From Octopus sinensis (taxonomy: Eukaryota): DNA of 64,000 bases. The translations under genes and the position numbers were made by a program. The DNA lies in contig NC_042998.1 of assembly GCF_006345805.1 (NCBI RefSeq), positions 88,660,001 through 88,724,000 on the forward strand. The letters are read 5' to 3'. Positions 51,602 to 64,000 of this stretch are shown piece after piece. The notes under the pieces were generated by a model that was not told where the DNA came from, ran no database searches, and worked only from the letters and a program-made list of their open reading frames with translations. The stretch's first letter is position 1; the number at the start of each line of letters is the position of its first letter.

Positions 51602-53059
51602 ACTAGAGCACCCTTCTACACTTGTGTCAGTGTTCATTTCAATTTCTCTTTATTCTGAGTTCAGATGCTGCTGTATTGGAAAACCATCTGGGATTAAGAA
51701 GTCATGTAGTTGAATTAATTCAACCTGTAGTAATCCTTTCCTGAAAATGTGTAGCTTTGTCTCAGTGTCATTATTAATAAAACTCACTAAGTTGAAACAA
51801 CAATGATGGACAAGATCAAATACTTTGCTGCATTTGGTTTTGGGTTTCATACTTTTTAGTATAAATATTTCTGTTGCTGATTTAGATTTCTCTTATTCTT
51901 CAAGATGATAGAATAAGTTGAAATATTCTTAAGCGCATCATTTACTTAGGCCTTCTGCATCTTTCGTAAAGACACTAATAAAAAAGCAAAGCAAACACAT
52001 TATTAGTATTGTCTATAAAATCAGGTTTGTTTTCAAGATGAGATCATTTCATGTCACTCATATGCATCAAGTACATCTCTTACTCTCTCCATCCACGACA
52101 CCTGTCTCTCCCCTTTGTCTCATCTCTCTTAAGGCAAAGATTTTATCATCATCTTTTGATTGTCTGTGTTCCATGTTGGTGTGGGTTGGATAACTTGACA
52201 GGTCTGAGGGCTGCATCATGCTCTATTGTCTGCTTTGGCATGGTTTCTACAACTAGATGCCCTTCCTAATACCAACCACTTTACAGAGTGCACAGGGTGA
52301 TTTTTTTCATGGCACCAACACTAGTGAGGCTGCTATGAAGCTTATAAGACCAAGATCTCCTTTTGTTAAGTGGGGCTACGATCAAGAGGGAGGTGGCTTT
52401 ATGCTTTGTGATGTTAACTTAAAGTATGTGAGAAGGAGGCCATAACAGGACAAGTTTCTTACATTCTTCTATAACATGGTCGCTCATATTATAGAATAAT
52501 GGATAGGAATTACTAGGGTGGAGCTGAAAAGAGAGAGGAAAAGAGTGGTGATGAAGTGTTAGGTTTGAGTGTCAAGGTACAAGATATATAGAGGTGAATG
52601 GGGACAAGAGAACATAGAGTGTGTTGTGGTAGAGGTTTCAAGAGTATATGGGGAGGGTGAAAGATGGTTAGAAATAGAAATTAGGTAAGAGAGATGAATG
52701 TAATAAATGAAGAACAAATGTTGTAGGATAATACAATGGAGGGGAGATAGGGAAGAATAGGTGATGACTTAGAGATTGATTAGTGTTGAGAGATGGATGT
52801 AGTGTTTGGTGAATAAGGGATGGAGTGGAGTGATGTTATTAATGATACTCGAGTTGGGCAAGTTAAGTAAGAGTAAGAAATAACTGATGCTACAGAAAAG
52901 AGTGAAGAACAGTAGAATAATAATAATGGTACAGTAGACAGGGAAAGGATGAGAGATAATGTATAGTTGGGTAGGTTGAAAAAATGTGAGGGGAGAGACA
53001 GGTGTAATGGATGGGGAGAGTAAGAGATGTATGGTGGTAAAGAAGATGAGATAATTTGG

Positions 53060-55180
53060 TGGCACAGCTATCCGAATTGACTGTACTTTGGTAGATAAAG
53101 TAATTAAGAGTATGAAGACAGGGAAAACCCCCAGCCCATCAGGAATCACCAAAGAGATGCTCAAAATATCTGGTAGTGTCAGCTATAGCCTAGTCACCCA
53201 TATAGAAATCAGATGATACACGAAGTAGTCATGCCTAATGACTGGTGTAGCAGCATAATAGTCAACTGCTACAAAGGTAAAAGTGACACTTTAGATACAA
53301 ATAATTACAGAGGTATCAAGTTGTTGGATCAGGTAATGAAGGTCATGGAGAAGGTCATAGCCCAACTAATTAGGGAGAGAGTCAGTTTAGATGAGATGCA
53401 GTTTGGGTTCGTGCCAGGGAAAAGCTGGTAAGACAGCTGCAGGAGAAATACTTAGCCAAAGATAAACCTCTGTACCTGGCTTTCTTTGACACGGAGAAAG
53501 CCTTTGACAAGGTCCCCCTCCCGATCCCTTATCTGGTGGTCAATGAGGAAACTAGGGATATATGAATGGTTTGTGAGAGCTGTGCAAGCCATGTACAGGG
53601 TCGCTGTCAGTAAGGTGAGGGTTGGCAATGAGTACAGTGAAGAATTCCGGGTAGAGGTAGAGATCAACCAAGGTTCAGTCCTCAGCTCCCTCCTATTTAT
53701 CATAGTCCTTCAGGCAATAACAGAGCAATTTAAGACAGGATGCTCCAGGAAGACCTTCTATGCTGATGACCTTGCTTTAATTGCTGAGTCACTCTCAGAA
53801 CTAGAGGAGAAGTTTCAGGTGTGGAAGCAAGGATTAAAATTGAAGGGCCTTAGAGTCAATCTAGCTAAAACCAAAGTCCTAATAAGTAGGAAGGCAGACA
53901 AACTTCAAATTCCTTCAGGTAGATGGCCCTGATCGATCTGTAGAAAAGGTGCTGGTAGAAACTCTATAAGATGTACCCAGTGTAAGCTATGGACACATAA
54001 GAGGTGCAGCAATATCAAAGGAAGGCTAACTGGGAAGATAGTTTTTGTATGTGGCAGATGCTTTGGAGCAATAAACTAGAAGTAGTTGATAGCTTCCATT
54101 ACCTGGGTGACCAAGTCAGTAGCGGGGGTGGGTGCTCTGAAAGTGTAGCTGCTAGAATAAAAATAGCCTGGGCAAAGTTCAGAGAGCTCTTACCTCTGCT
54201 GGTGACAAAGGGCCTCTCACTCAGAGTAAAAGGTAGACTGTATGACGCGTGTGTACAAACAGCCATGCTACATGGCAGTGAAACATGGGCTGTAACTGCT
54301 GAGGACATGCGTAAGCTTGCAAAGAATGAAGCCAGTATGCTCCGAAGGATGTGTAATGTCAGTGTGCATACACGACAGAGTGTAAGTACCTTGAGAGAAA
54401 AGTTGGACTTAAGAAGCATCAGATGTGGCATGCAAGAGAGACGACTGCGCTGGTATGGTCATGTGGTGAGAATGGATGAAGATAGCTGTGTGAAAAAGTG
54501 CCACACCCTAGTGGTTGAGGGAACCTGTGGAAGAGGTAGACCCAGGAAGACCAGGGTTAAGGTGGTGAAGCACGACCTTTGAACATTAGGCCTCACCGAG
54601 GCAATGACTAGTGACTGGGACCTTTGGAAATATGCTGTGCTTGAGAAGACATGGCAAGCCAAGTGAGACCATAACCCATGACCTATGCCAGGGGTTTAAC
54701 CAGCCCACTTATGCATCCCTTTCCTTCATTGGACACTAAACTCTGCTTGCGAAGACCTGTCGAGGCAAGTGAAATCAAAATTGAAATCAAATTCGATTAC
54801 TGGCAAATTTGATTATTGCTTGTGGAGTGCTAAGAGCACCATCCGAGTGTGATCGTTGCCATAGCAGCTGACTGGCTTCCATGCGGTGGCATGTAAAAGC
54901 ACCATTTGAGCGTGATCGTTCCCAGCAACACTTTACTGGCGTGAAAAAATATTCAAGCGTTGCCAGTGCCGCTGGACTGACTCCTGTGCAGGTGACACAT
55001 AAAAGCACCCACTACACTCTTGGAGTGGTTGGTGTTAGGAAGGGCATCCAGCTGTAGAAACTCTGCCAGATCAGATTGGAGCCTGGCGCAGCCATCTGGT
55101 TCGCCAGTCCTCACCCAAATCGTCTAACCCATGCCAGCATGGAAAGCGGACATTAAACGTTGATGATGATGATGATGATG
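53060..55180 (+). mobile_element. Degraded RTE LINE (RT, 3' UTR, tail) with small deletions
   Basis: ORFs 53213-53431, 53486-53932 and 54004-54582 are homologous to the copy A RT. Confidence 0.92.
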
Positions 55181-55239
55181 ATATATATACATTCACACAC
55201 ACACACACACGCACATATACATACATATTATGCTTCCAG

Positions 55240-56260
55240 AATCTGTTTCAAGGAGATGAGTAGGTCTCCTCAAGAACCACACATTGTCAGTCACCCTGTC
55301 CTTTTTCATCTTCACAATAAGTTTCAAGGTCCTGAGATGTACCTTCACCACTTCATTCCATATCTTCCTTGGTCTCTTTAGTTTGCTAACTGCATCTATA
55401 TTATCTGATCACCACTTCATTATACAGTTGTCCTCATCCATAAGCATCAGATTTCTGTACCAGTACAGTCTTCTTGCATACAACATCTGATTCCTTTTAT
55501 GTCTAATTTTTCTCTCAATACATTTGTACTTTGTTGATGATGCACTTTTACATTGCAGATTCAAAAGAATATGCTAGCTTCTTCATTCCACTCTTCTCAA
55601 ACCCTCTGCAATCAAGGCTCATGTCTCACTACCATGTAGTATTGCAGTTCTGACACAAGCACTATTCAATTGGCCCTTCACCATGATGGAAAAGACCTTT
55701 GTTGCCAGTAGTGGTGGTAGCTCCCTAGCAACCATATCCCTTGTTAATTACATCACCTAAATAATAATGCTATTGACTGCTTCTAGTGAACCATCCAGCT
55801 ATATTAGACAATGTATTTCTGGTGTGCTCATAGTATATATTACTACAATGTGTTATCTTATACGAAGTTTACTTTCTCTGATAGTTCTGTGATTCCACTA
55901 CAACTGTTGCATGTCCATAGATTACCCTAGATGCAACATATGGAGTTTATACCTACTCCTTTACAGCTTATCAAGGAAAGACAACAGGGTCCTATTTTCT
56001 TGCCTACTTACAAAAGCCACAGGCTTGCTAAGTTTACCTTGAGGTAATCTCAATTCTAGTTTTAGCTTCCATGCCTGGAATTTCCTCTCTAATTTCACTT
56101 TAAATTCAGGCATATGAGATAGATCTTTGGCTTTTGGAAGTTCCTGTAGACAGTCAGTCTTAAACTCCTCTGTGATAGCCTATAAGACTATGACGAAGTG
56201 AAGAGAACTGAGGACTGAGCCTTGTCAAGGAAATTGTTGTTGACTATCAGTAAATATTGC
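55240..56260 (-). mobile_element. Older RTE RT relic, tail-to-tail with the 53-55 kb copy
   Basis: Reverse-complement homology, e.g. CAAGGCTCAGTCCTCAGTTCTCTTCACTTCGTCATAGTC and TTATGGATGAGGACAACTGTATA. Confidence 0.7.
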
Positions 56261-56269
56261 TGCATCTTT

Positions 56270-57040
56270 GTAGGTGTGGCTGTGTAGGCACAGGTATGCC
56301 TGTACAGTATGAAGTTTGCTTCTCAATCACATGGTTCTAGGTTCAGTCCATCTGCATAGCACTTCAGGCATGTGTCTTCTATATAGCTCCAGGCTGACCA
56401 AAACCTTGCAAGTGGACCTAGTGGACAGAGAGTAAAAGAAACCTATATATGTGTGTGTGTTTGCCCCCACCATCACTACTTGACTACCAGTGTTGGTTTG
56501 TTTTCATTCCCATAATTTAGTGGTTCAGCAAAAGAGACTGATAGAATGAGTACCAGGCTTTAAAAACATCTTACTGGGCATTGATTTATACAATTAAACC
56601 TTTCAAGTTAGTACCTTAACATGGCTACAGTTCAATGCCTGAAACAAGTAAAAGATAAAAGATACTTTGTACAACCCTCAAAAGCCTTTCATCTATACCT
56701 AGTTTATCCTTAGTAACTCCCAAATTATTGGCTATGACACCCTGTCATGTCTTCTCAAAGTTAACGAATGCCAGGTATAGCACTCTTTTACTCTTTCATT
56801 TGTTTCAATCATTTGACTGCGACCATGCTGGAACACTGCATTTTAGTCGAACAAATTGACCCCAGGACTTATACTTTGTAAGCTTAGTACTTATTCTTTC
56901 GGTCTCTTTTGCCAAACCACTAAGTTATGGGGCACAGACACAAAAACACACACATACAACAGGCTTTTTTCAGTTTCTGTCTACTAAATCCACTCACATA
57001 TAGTAAGCAAGCTACTTACCATGCAGCCACTCCTGTGCCT
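56270..57040. mobile_element. Two degraded SINEs of the 60237 family in opposite orientations (+ about 56270-56670, - about 56760-57040)
   Basis: Diverged head and 3' motifs of the family are recognisable. Confidence 0.65.
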
Positions 57041-58254
57041 TAGTTTACTTTTAGCCAAGTATTTCTCCTGCAGTTCCTTCACCTGGAAAAGTGCATATAT
57101 GTATGGTCCTTCATCTAGACAAGTAGATAAAGTGCATCTCATTTAAGTGTAGTCTGTCATGGATCAATTGTGTGTGACTCTGGCCTTCATAACCTTGTCC
57201 TGTAGTTTGATACTTCTTAATTTCCTCTCTTCTAAAGTATCTCCTTTCTAAAGTATCTCCTTTGTTAGTGAAGGTTTGTGATCTAATGCTTAGGGTGTTG
57301 CGTTTCATGATTGCAAGATCATGGTTTTGATTCCCAGACCAGCTGTGTTGCTTTCTTGAGCAAAACACTTCATTTCATATCACTCCAGTCCACTCAGCTG
57401 TAAATAGTTAACCTTGCAACAGATTGGTGTACAAGCATGAATTGGTGATTCAGGAAAATCATCTGAACAGAGGTCTCAATGAACTACATTTTGTATTCAG
57501 TGGTTAAAAGGATGACTTGGACAACCCATACTTTGAATCCTGACTGGTTGGGATTGTTTGTTCAACCACATTGAAGGATGACGATGATTTGCAGCAGTTT
57601 GTATAAGTAATGGACTTCTTTCTATAGCACTCATCTTAGAAAACACAGAGCTATGGAATGATTTATTAGCTGGGAACATCAACATATTTCACTGATATAA
57701 TACAAAGACATGCAATATAAATATTCACACACATACACACACATGTATGTTTATATATATATATATATATATATATATGTAATTGTTTTCCCAAATATAA
57801 TTGCACTGAGGTGCCAATGAAGCTATAGGGTAATACTCAGGTGGTCAGTTATGAGTCTAGTGCATCTTATAACAGAAACAGCTGTAAGCTAATTAGGCAA
57901 TCATTTATTCCTTTGTTATCTCAGTTTCTTTACATACACATACTCCTGTCTTCGTATTTTGTTTTTCTGTAAATTTCAACTTATATAAGGCGCAGATTGT
58001 GGGTTTGATTCCCATACCAGGCATTGGATTGTGTTCTTGAGCAAAGCACTTCATTTTACGTTGCTCTGCAATCATTTTGACATCTGACATGAGGCACCTA
58101 TTACACCTGTACAGGTAATGTCGATCTGATGGAGGGAGCGAGCTTATGTCTACACAAACATTTTTGATCTCTATAAACAAATCATCTGTATGGTTGTTCA
58201 GTAAGAAATTGTTGAACCCTCACATTTTCTAACAACGGGAGAGCCCGTCATATA

Positions 58255-58329
<75 letters not shown>

Positions 58330-60236
58330 ATATTAGGAAGTATAACTCCAAACTTACAGGGAAAAATTCAAATTTCACAATATAAATATAATACATATAT
58401 ATAAATTAGAGAAAAACCACTATTATGCAATTCAAACAATGATTGACATAAACCCAATCATAAATAACAAATAAAATATATTTTAAAACATATAACTAGA
58501 TCACAAAAAGTACAAAAATGAATAAATATTATATAATATATAATAAGTAATAAGTAATTGCATAATAGTGGCTTTTCTCTAATTTATATATATTATATAT
58601 ATATACACACACACATACATATATGTACACATACACACAAATATATAGCTTCACACATATATACAAACATACTCACACACACATATATGTATATATATCT
58701 AACTATATGGCTTCCATATAGTTTCCATCAACCAATTCCATTCACAAAGCATTGGTCATTCTCATGCTCCACCAGAAGACACTTGCCCAAAGTACTTTGC
58801 AACAAGACAGAACTTGAGACTACTTGTTCATAAAGCAAACCACATAGACATATTAATCATAAGCTTTATGTTCTATGGGAAAAATGAGAAGTTTCAATGG
58901 TGATTTGTTAGCTGTATAAATAATATGTAATGTCTTTGAATATGAATCAAAACCATTTTGCTAATTCAACTTGCTGAAAGTTTCTCTCATTAGCAACTCG
59001 TTTAATTTTCTTTTTTGTCTTTGTTTTAAAATATAAATCTTCAAAAATATATAAATAGGATTTTAGATTAATTTTTTTTTACTTTCATTTTGTCTCTTGT
59101 TGAACTTAGAGATTAAGTAGTGCATATGCTTACAAAATAATGAAATATGTTTATCACCTTTTTTTATTATATATTTTTATGTTTAAACTGTTTTAGTAAA
59201 AATTCCACGTGATTAACATGGATTATATGAAAAAGTCAGATGGGAGCATATGTTATATATATATGTGTGTATGTGTGTTTATGTATATCCCTTATTTAAT
59301 TCTTAATCAGCTTTCTGGAGATGACCCCTCAGAGCTTAAGTTAGCTTTATGTTGATTTGATTCATAATCGTTATCTGTTAGAAACTGTTTAACAAGAAGA
59401 TAAAAAACTATATATATAAAAATTAATACAAAAACTACAACAACAACAATAAAATTAGATAATCTCTGGGGATGAAAACCTTAAATGATCTATAAATACT
59501 TATTGTTAGTGCCACACTCTTGTCTTGTCTTATAAAATGCCACAATGATTAAGGATTATTAACATACATGGTCTTATGAAACCAAATTAATTTTCGCTGT
59601 TCTTTTTATTTTAATTTTCTTTTCTCTTTTTTCAAATAGAATTTTAAATTGGAGCAGAAATAAATCTGGCAATTTCATTGTAATTTAATTTGCTTCCTTT
59701 CTATAATTTTTCCTTTTTTTCTTTACATAATTTCTCAGTGAATTGTTTTCATGTAATTATGCATCTGTGTATGTATATGTATATATGCTCACTCACTGAT
59801 CTTGCTAAATACATAATTTAAGCAATCAAGTATACATGAATATGATTTATCAGTTTTAATTCATTATATTTAGTAAATTGAATATAATCTCAATAAATAT
59901 AATTAGCCTAATATTATATACTTGTGAGATTTAATTATTTTACGAGGATGAGGTAGGATTTATGAGTGAATATCATAAAATCTTTTCACTGCATGTATAT
60001 TTTTAGCCATTGCTTGTAAAGAGAAACTGGTCAGGGAACTAGTTTTGTACACATCCATATAACATATATATGATGTTAGATGATGGTGATGTCATGGAAA
60101 TATATATACATATATATGGAGCCTGGTGCAGCCTTCATGGCTTACCAGACCCCAGTCAAACCGTCCAACCCATGCTAGCATGGAAAACGGGCATTAAATG
60201 ATGATGATGAGGATGATATATATATATATATATATA

Positions 60237-60645
60237 GGCGCAGGAGTGGCTGTGTGGTAAGTAGCTTGTTTACCAACCACATGGTTCCGGGTTCAGTCCC
60301 ACTGCGTGGCACCTTGGGCAAGTGTCTTCTGCTGTAGCCTCGGGCTGACCAAAGCCTTGTGAGTGGATTTGGTAGACGGAAACTGAAAGAAGCCTGTCGT
60401 ATATATGTATATATATGCGTGTGTGTGTTTGTGTGTCTGTGTTTGTCCCCCTAGCATTGCTTGACAACCAATGCTGGTGTGTTTACGTCCCCCGTTACTT
60501 AGCGATTTGGCAAAAGGGACCGATAGAATAAGTACTGGGCTTACAAAAGAATAAGTCCCGGGGTCGAGTTGCTCGATTAAAGGCGGTGCTCCAGCATGCC
60601 CGCAGTCAAAAGACTGAAACAAGTAAAAGAGTAAAGAATAAAGAG

Positions 60646-60646
<1 letters not shown>
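60237..60646 (+). mobile_element. Full-length tRNA-derived SINE, the best-preserved copy of the commonest family here
   Basis: Head GGCGCAGGAGTGGCTGTGTGGTAAG...GGTTCAGTCCC, central GTGAGTGGATTTGGTAGACGGAAACTGAAAGAAGCC and a (TAAAAGAG)-like tail. Confidence 0.9.
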
Positions 60647-60693
<47 letters not shown>

Positions 60694-61145
60694 ATTACAC
60701 ACACACACATCATCATCATCATCATTATCATTGCTTAATATCTGCCTTCCATGCTGGCATGGGTGGGACAGTTTGACAGGAGTCAGCCAGGCAGAATCCT
60801 GCACCAGATTTCTGCAACTGATCTTTACAGCTGGATGCCCTTCCAACCACTCAGCAGAGTGGACTTAGTGCTTTTTACATGGCACAAGCACAAGTGAGGT
60901 CAGTTTTTGGTAATGTTTTTACAGCTGGATGCCCTTCCAAATGCCAACCATTCAGCAGAGTGGACTGGGTGCTTTTTAAGTGGCACGTGCATTGACTGTG
61001 TCACCAAGTAACTTTGCAAGACAAAAGTCTTTTAAGAGGGGTGGGGATATTGAAGGAAGTGATATGTCAGCTGATGAAAGGTTATAGTGAGACAAAGAGA
61101 CAGAAACAGGTGTCTTGCTGTAAAAGAGGTATGAGGTTATCTGAC

Positions 61146-61188
<43 letters not shown>

Positions 61189-61611
61189 AATGAAGACAGA
61201 AATAGGTGTACTGCTACAATGGAAATACATGGTTACCCATCCTGAGGGTTGTGCAGGAGAAGGAGAGAGAGAGGGGGGGACAGCAGGATAGAGATGGTGG
61301 CCAAAGTGCCAGGCATACTCAAAAAGGATGGGGATCAGAATATAAATGGGATGGTTGAGTAAAGGAAAAGAGAGGTATAGATGGTGACAAGTGCCAGGGC
61401 ATACCCTACTGTTACCACAAGGTATGATCAACAAAAAAATTCTCCATCTGGTGAGAGATAAATATTATTTAATAAGCACAGTATATATTATGAGCTACTA
61501 ATAGTTTTATGTGATGAAAAAGACTCAGACAACATTTTATAATACATCTGGTGCCTTCACAAGATCCTTAGGCTTTATTCCCTTGGCATAACAAGCTAAA
61601 CATATATATAC

Positions 61612-61843
61612 AGTCATAAAATACAGGAATCCACTTGTGGGAGTCATAAGGAATCCACTTGTGGGATTCAACATGCTATAAAGAACAGCTAGGTTCTATA
61701 TTTTATTTTTTAATTTTTTCATTTCGTTCCTGTCGAATTTTATCCCTAATTTTGTGGTTATAGAACCTAGCTGTTCTTCCTAATGTGTTGAATCCCATGA
61801 GTGGATTCCTTATGTGTTTAAATGTATACTGTATTTTATGACT
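61612..61843. repeat. Imperfect fold-back element of about 230 bp
   Basis: AAGAACAGCTAGGTTCTATA pairs with TATAGAACCTAGCTGTTCTT, GGAATCCACTTGTGGGATTCAACA with TGTTGAATCCCATGAGTGGATTCC, and AGTCATAAAATACAG with CTGTATTTTATGACT. Confidence 0.85.
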
Positions 61844-62127
61844 AATACATAGTCTGTGGACTAAATTTTTATGTTAGGCCACTGGAAATGAAAATTTCTA
61901 TTAATTTCCATTTCCCTTTGATATGATTAAGTATATATATATATATATATATATAATGCTTGATGATGATGTTGTCAGCACAAACACACACACATCTCTC
62001 TTAATCTTCAACAGACTGGAGCCTGGTGCAGCTCTCCAGCTTGCCAGCTCTGGTCAAACCATTCAACCCATACCACAATGGACAACAGACATTAAATGAT
62101 GATGATGACGATATGTATGTGTGTGTG

Positions 62128-62169
<42 letters not shown>

Positions 62170-62181
<12 letters not shown>

Positions 62182-63243
62182 TAAATTAGAGACAAAACCA
62201 CTATTATGCAAATCAAACAAAGAAAGACTTAATCCAATACATAAATTAATTTATATTATTTAGAAATTTAACAATTATTATTAATATCCACAATATATAT
62301 ATTGTTGCTATTATGAAAAAGTGTCTTAAGTCCAAAATGTTGTTTCTTCAGAAAATGAAAAAAACAGTTTGACAATTCCATTTCTTTTTACATTAACAAC
62401 AGTATCAGCTTAACGATAAAACTTTGTTGGGTACATAAAATCGTAACTCCATGCATGTATGATATTTTCAGTCAGAAGTATTTTTGCAAAACTGTCGTAT
62501 GTGGAATTTACAGCACTTTTGATAAATGCTAAACTGTTGTACCAAACTTTGACAATTTCATATCTTGGCATCTGAAGCAGCTGGAGATACAATAATTTCA
62601 TCAAAAGAATCGGCTATTGCAAGTAAAATTAAATATTGAAAAAAAAAACGCATTTGGCCAAATTTGGACATATGATAGTTTAACATTATAGCAATGAATA
62701 TATATATATATATTATATATATATATTATATTAATTAGAGACAAAACCACTATTATGCAAATCAAACAAAGAAAGACTTAATCCAATACATAAATTAATT
62801 TATATTATTTAGAAATTTAACAATTATTATTAATATCCACAATATATATATTGTTGCTATTATGAAAAAGTGTCTTAAGTCCAAAATGTTGTTTCTTCAG
62901 AAAATGAAAAAAACAGTTTGACAATTCCATTTCTTTTTACATTAACAACAGTATCAGCTTAACGATAAAACTTTGTTGGGTACATAAAATCGTAACTCCA
63001 TGCATGTATGATATTTTCAGTCAGAAGTATTTTTGCAAAACTGTCGTATGTGGAATTTACAGCACTTTTGATAAATGCTAAACTGTTGTACCAAACTTTG
63101 ACAATTTCATATCTTGGCATCTGAAGCAGCTGGAGATACAATAATTTCATCAAAAGAATCGGCTATTGCAAGTAAAATTAAATATTGAAAAAAAAAACGC
63201 ATTTGGCCAAATTTGGACATATGATAGTTTAACATTATAGCAA

Positions 63244-63246
<3 letters not shown>
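62170..63246. repeat. Near-identical tandem duplication with a 549-bp period, bounded by (TA)n
   Basis: Identical 64-aa ORFs at 62410 and 62959 (offset 549). Differences are seen only near the microsatellite edges. Confidence 0.95.
62302..62697. mobile_element. Putative MITE of about 390 bp with short TIRs, in a TA context (second copy about 62851-63246)
   Basis: Starts GTTGCTATTATG and ends CATTATAGCAATGA (reverse complement TCATTGCTATAATG). Confidence 0.5.
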
Positions 63247-63274
<28 letters not shown>

Positions 63275-63278
<4 letters not shown>

Positions 63279-64000
63279 CTCTTGTGGAATTTCTCCCCAC
63301 TTTTCATGCAACAATCGAAACAATTCATCTTTAGATTTAGGTTTCTGTCAAATTTTTCATATAACTCTATCTAGTTTGCTCCAAAGATTGTCAATTGGGT
63401 TCATGTCAGGAGATTGGCTCGGCCATGGAAGCTTTTTGATCCCATTTTCAGTCAGCCATTGTTGATTCCTTTCTGCTGTTTGACATGGAGCCCCATCTTC
63501 CATGAAAAAATACTCATTTTTTGTTATTTTATCGTGAGAATACGTCGGAAGTAGTTCTTGCTTAAGTATTTCGATGTATTTTTCAGAGTTTATGGTTCCA
63601 ACACATTCAATCAGCTCATTGCTGGTGACAGCTCCCCACACCATTACAGAGATACCGCCATGTTTCACAGTTGGTTGAAGTCGTTTCAAATCAAATTCTT
63701 GATTGGGAAACCCCCAGACCCAAACACGTCCACTGTCTGAAAATAATGCAAATCTGGATTCATCTGAAAAAGTCACTCTATCCTAAAATAAACTGGATTT
63801 TTCTGACATTTCCTTGGCCCATTTCTTTCTTTTCATGATATTAATTGGTTGAAGGAGAGGTTTTCTTCTAGCTGCTCATCCATAATACCGAAGCTTATGC
63901 AGATATGTAACACACATTCTTGGACTAACTTCTAGCTGTTTTGCAATGTCAGAAGCTAAAACAGTCTCCAGTTCATGTAGTGATGATGGTGGAGGATATC
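63275..64000 (-). mobile_element. Tc1-like transposase relic running off the window
   Basis: FSDESRF, PTVKHGGISVMVWG, FMEDGAPC and WPSQSPDMNPIDNLW (ORF 63357-63776). The upstream frame has AARRKPLL with stops. Confidence 0.9.

Noticed and set aside
51665-51712. Candidate fourth hyccin exon (CCCIGKP...)
   Set aside because: It hits a stop after 15 codons and lacks the expected IEALLLG.YNLE motif.
57813-57889. Possible further hammerhead (CCAATGA...GAAACAGCTGTA)
   Set aside because: Core G5 is mutated, stem I does not pair and stem II is unclear. At most it is a dead relative of 16273-16319.
62410-63153. Two identical 64-aa ORFs
   Set aside because: They are by-products of the tandem duplication, with no recognisable domain or splice support.

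Overview
AT-rich, repeat-dense animal genomic DNA. The SINE/RTE families and microsatellite load resemble a coleoid cephalopod (Octopus), which is an inference from recalled repeat families. The only host gene I can support is a hyccin (FAM126/HYCC) orthologue on the + strand. Its three phase-0 coding exons (8086-8133, 15083-15187, 33400-33534) encode about 96 N-terminal residues, separated by introns of about 7 kb, 18 kb and more than 30 kb. The introns hold RTE-clade LINEs (one near-intact copy with a single frameshift), CR1-group LINE fragments, tRNA-derived SINEs, Helitron-type elements, Tigger, maT (DD37D) and Tc1 relics, an L1/Tx1-like ORF1 pseudogene and many microsatellites. Two signals stand out. 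First, several minimal hammerhead-ribozyme motifs with palindromic stem III (Penelope/retrozyme type) are present, and three of them cluster around the ORF1-like gene at 16-19 kb. Second, local duplications and inversions have breakpoints in self-complementary (TA)n tracts, most clearly at 30-32.5 kb. Everything was read by eye: no alignments, folding or database searches were run, and repeat boundaries are approximate unless stated.
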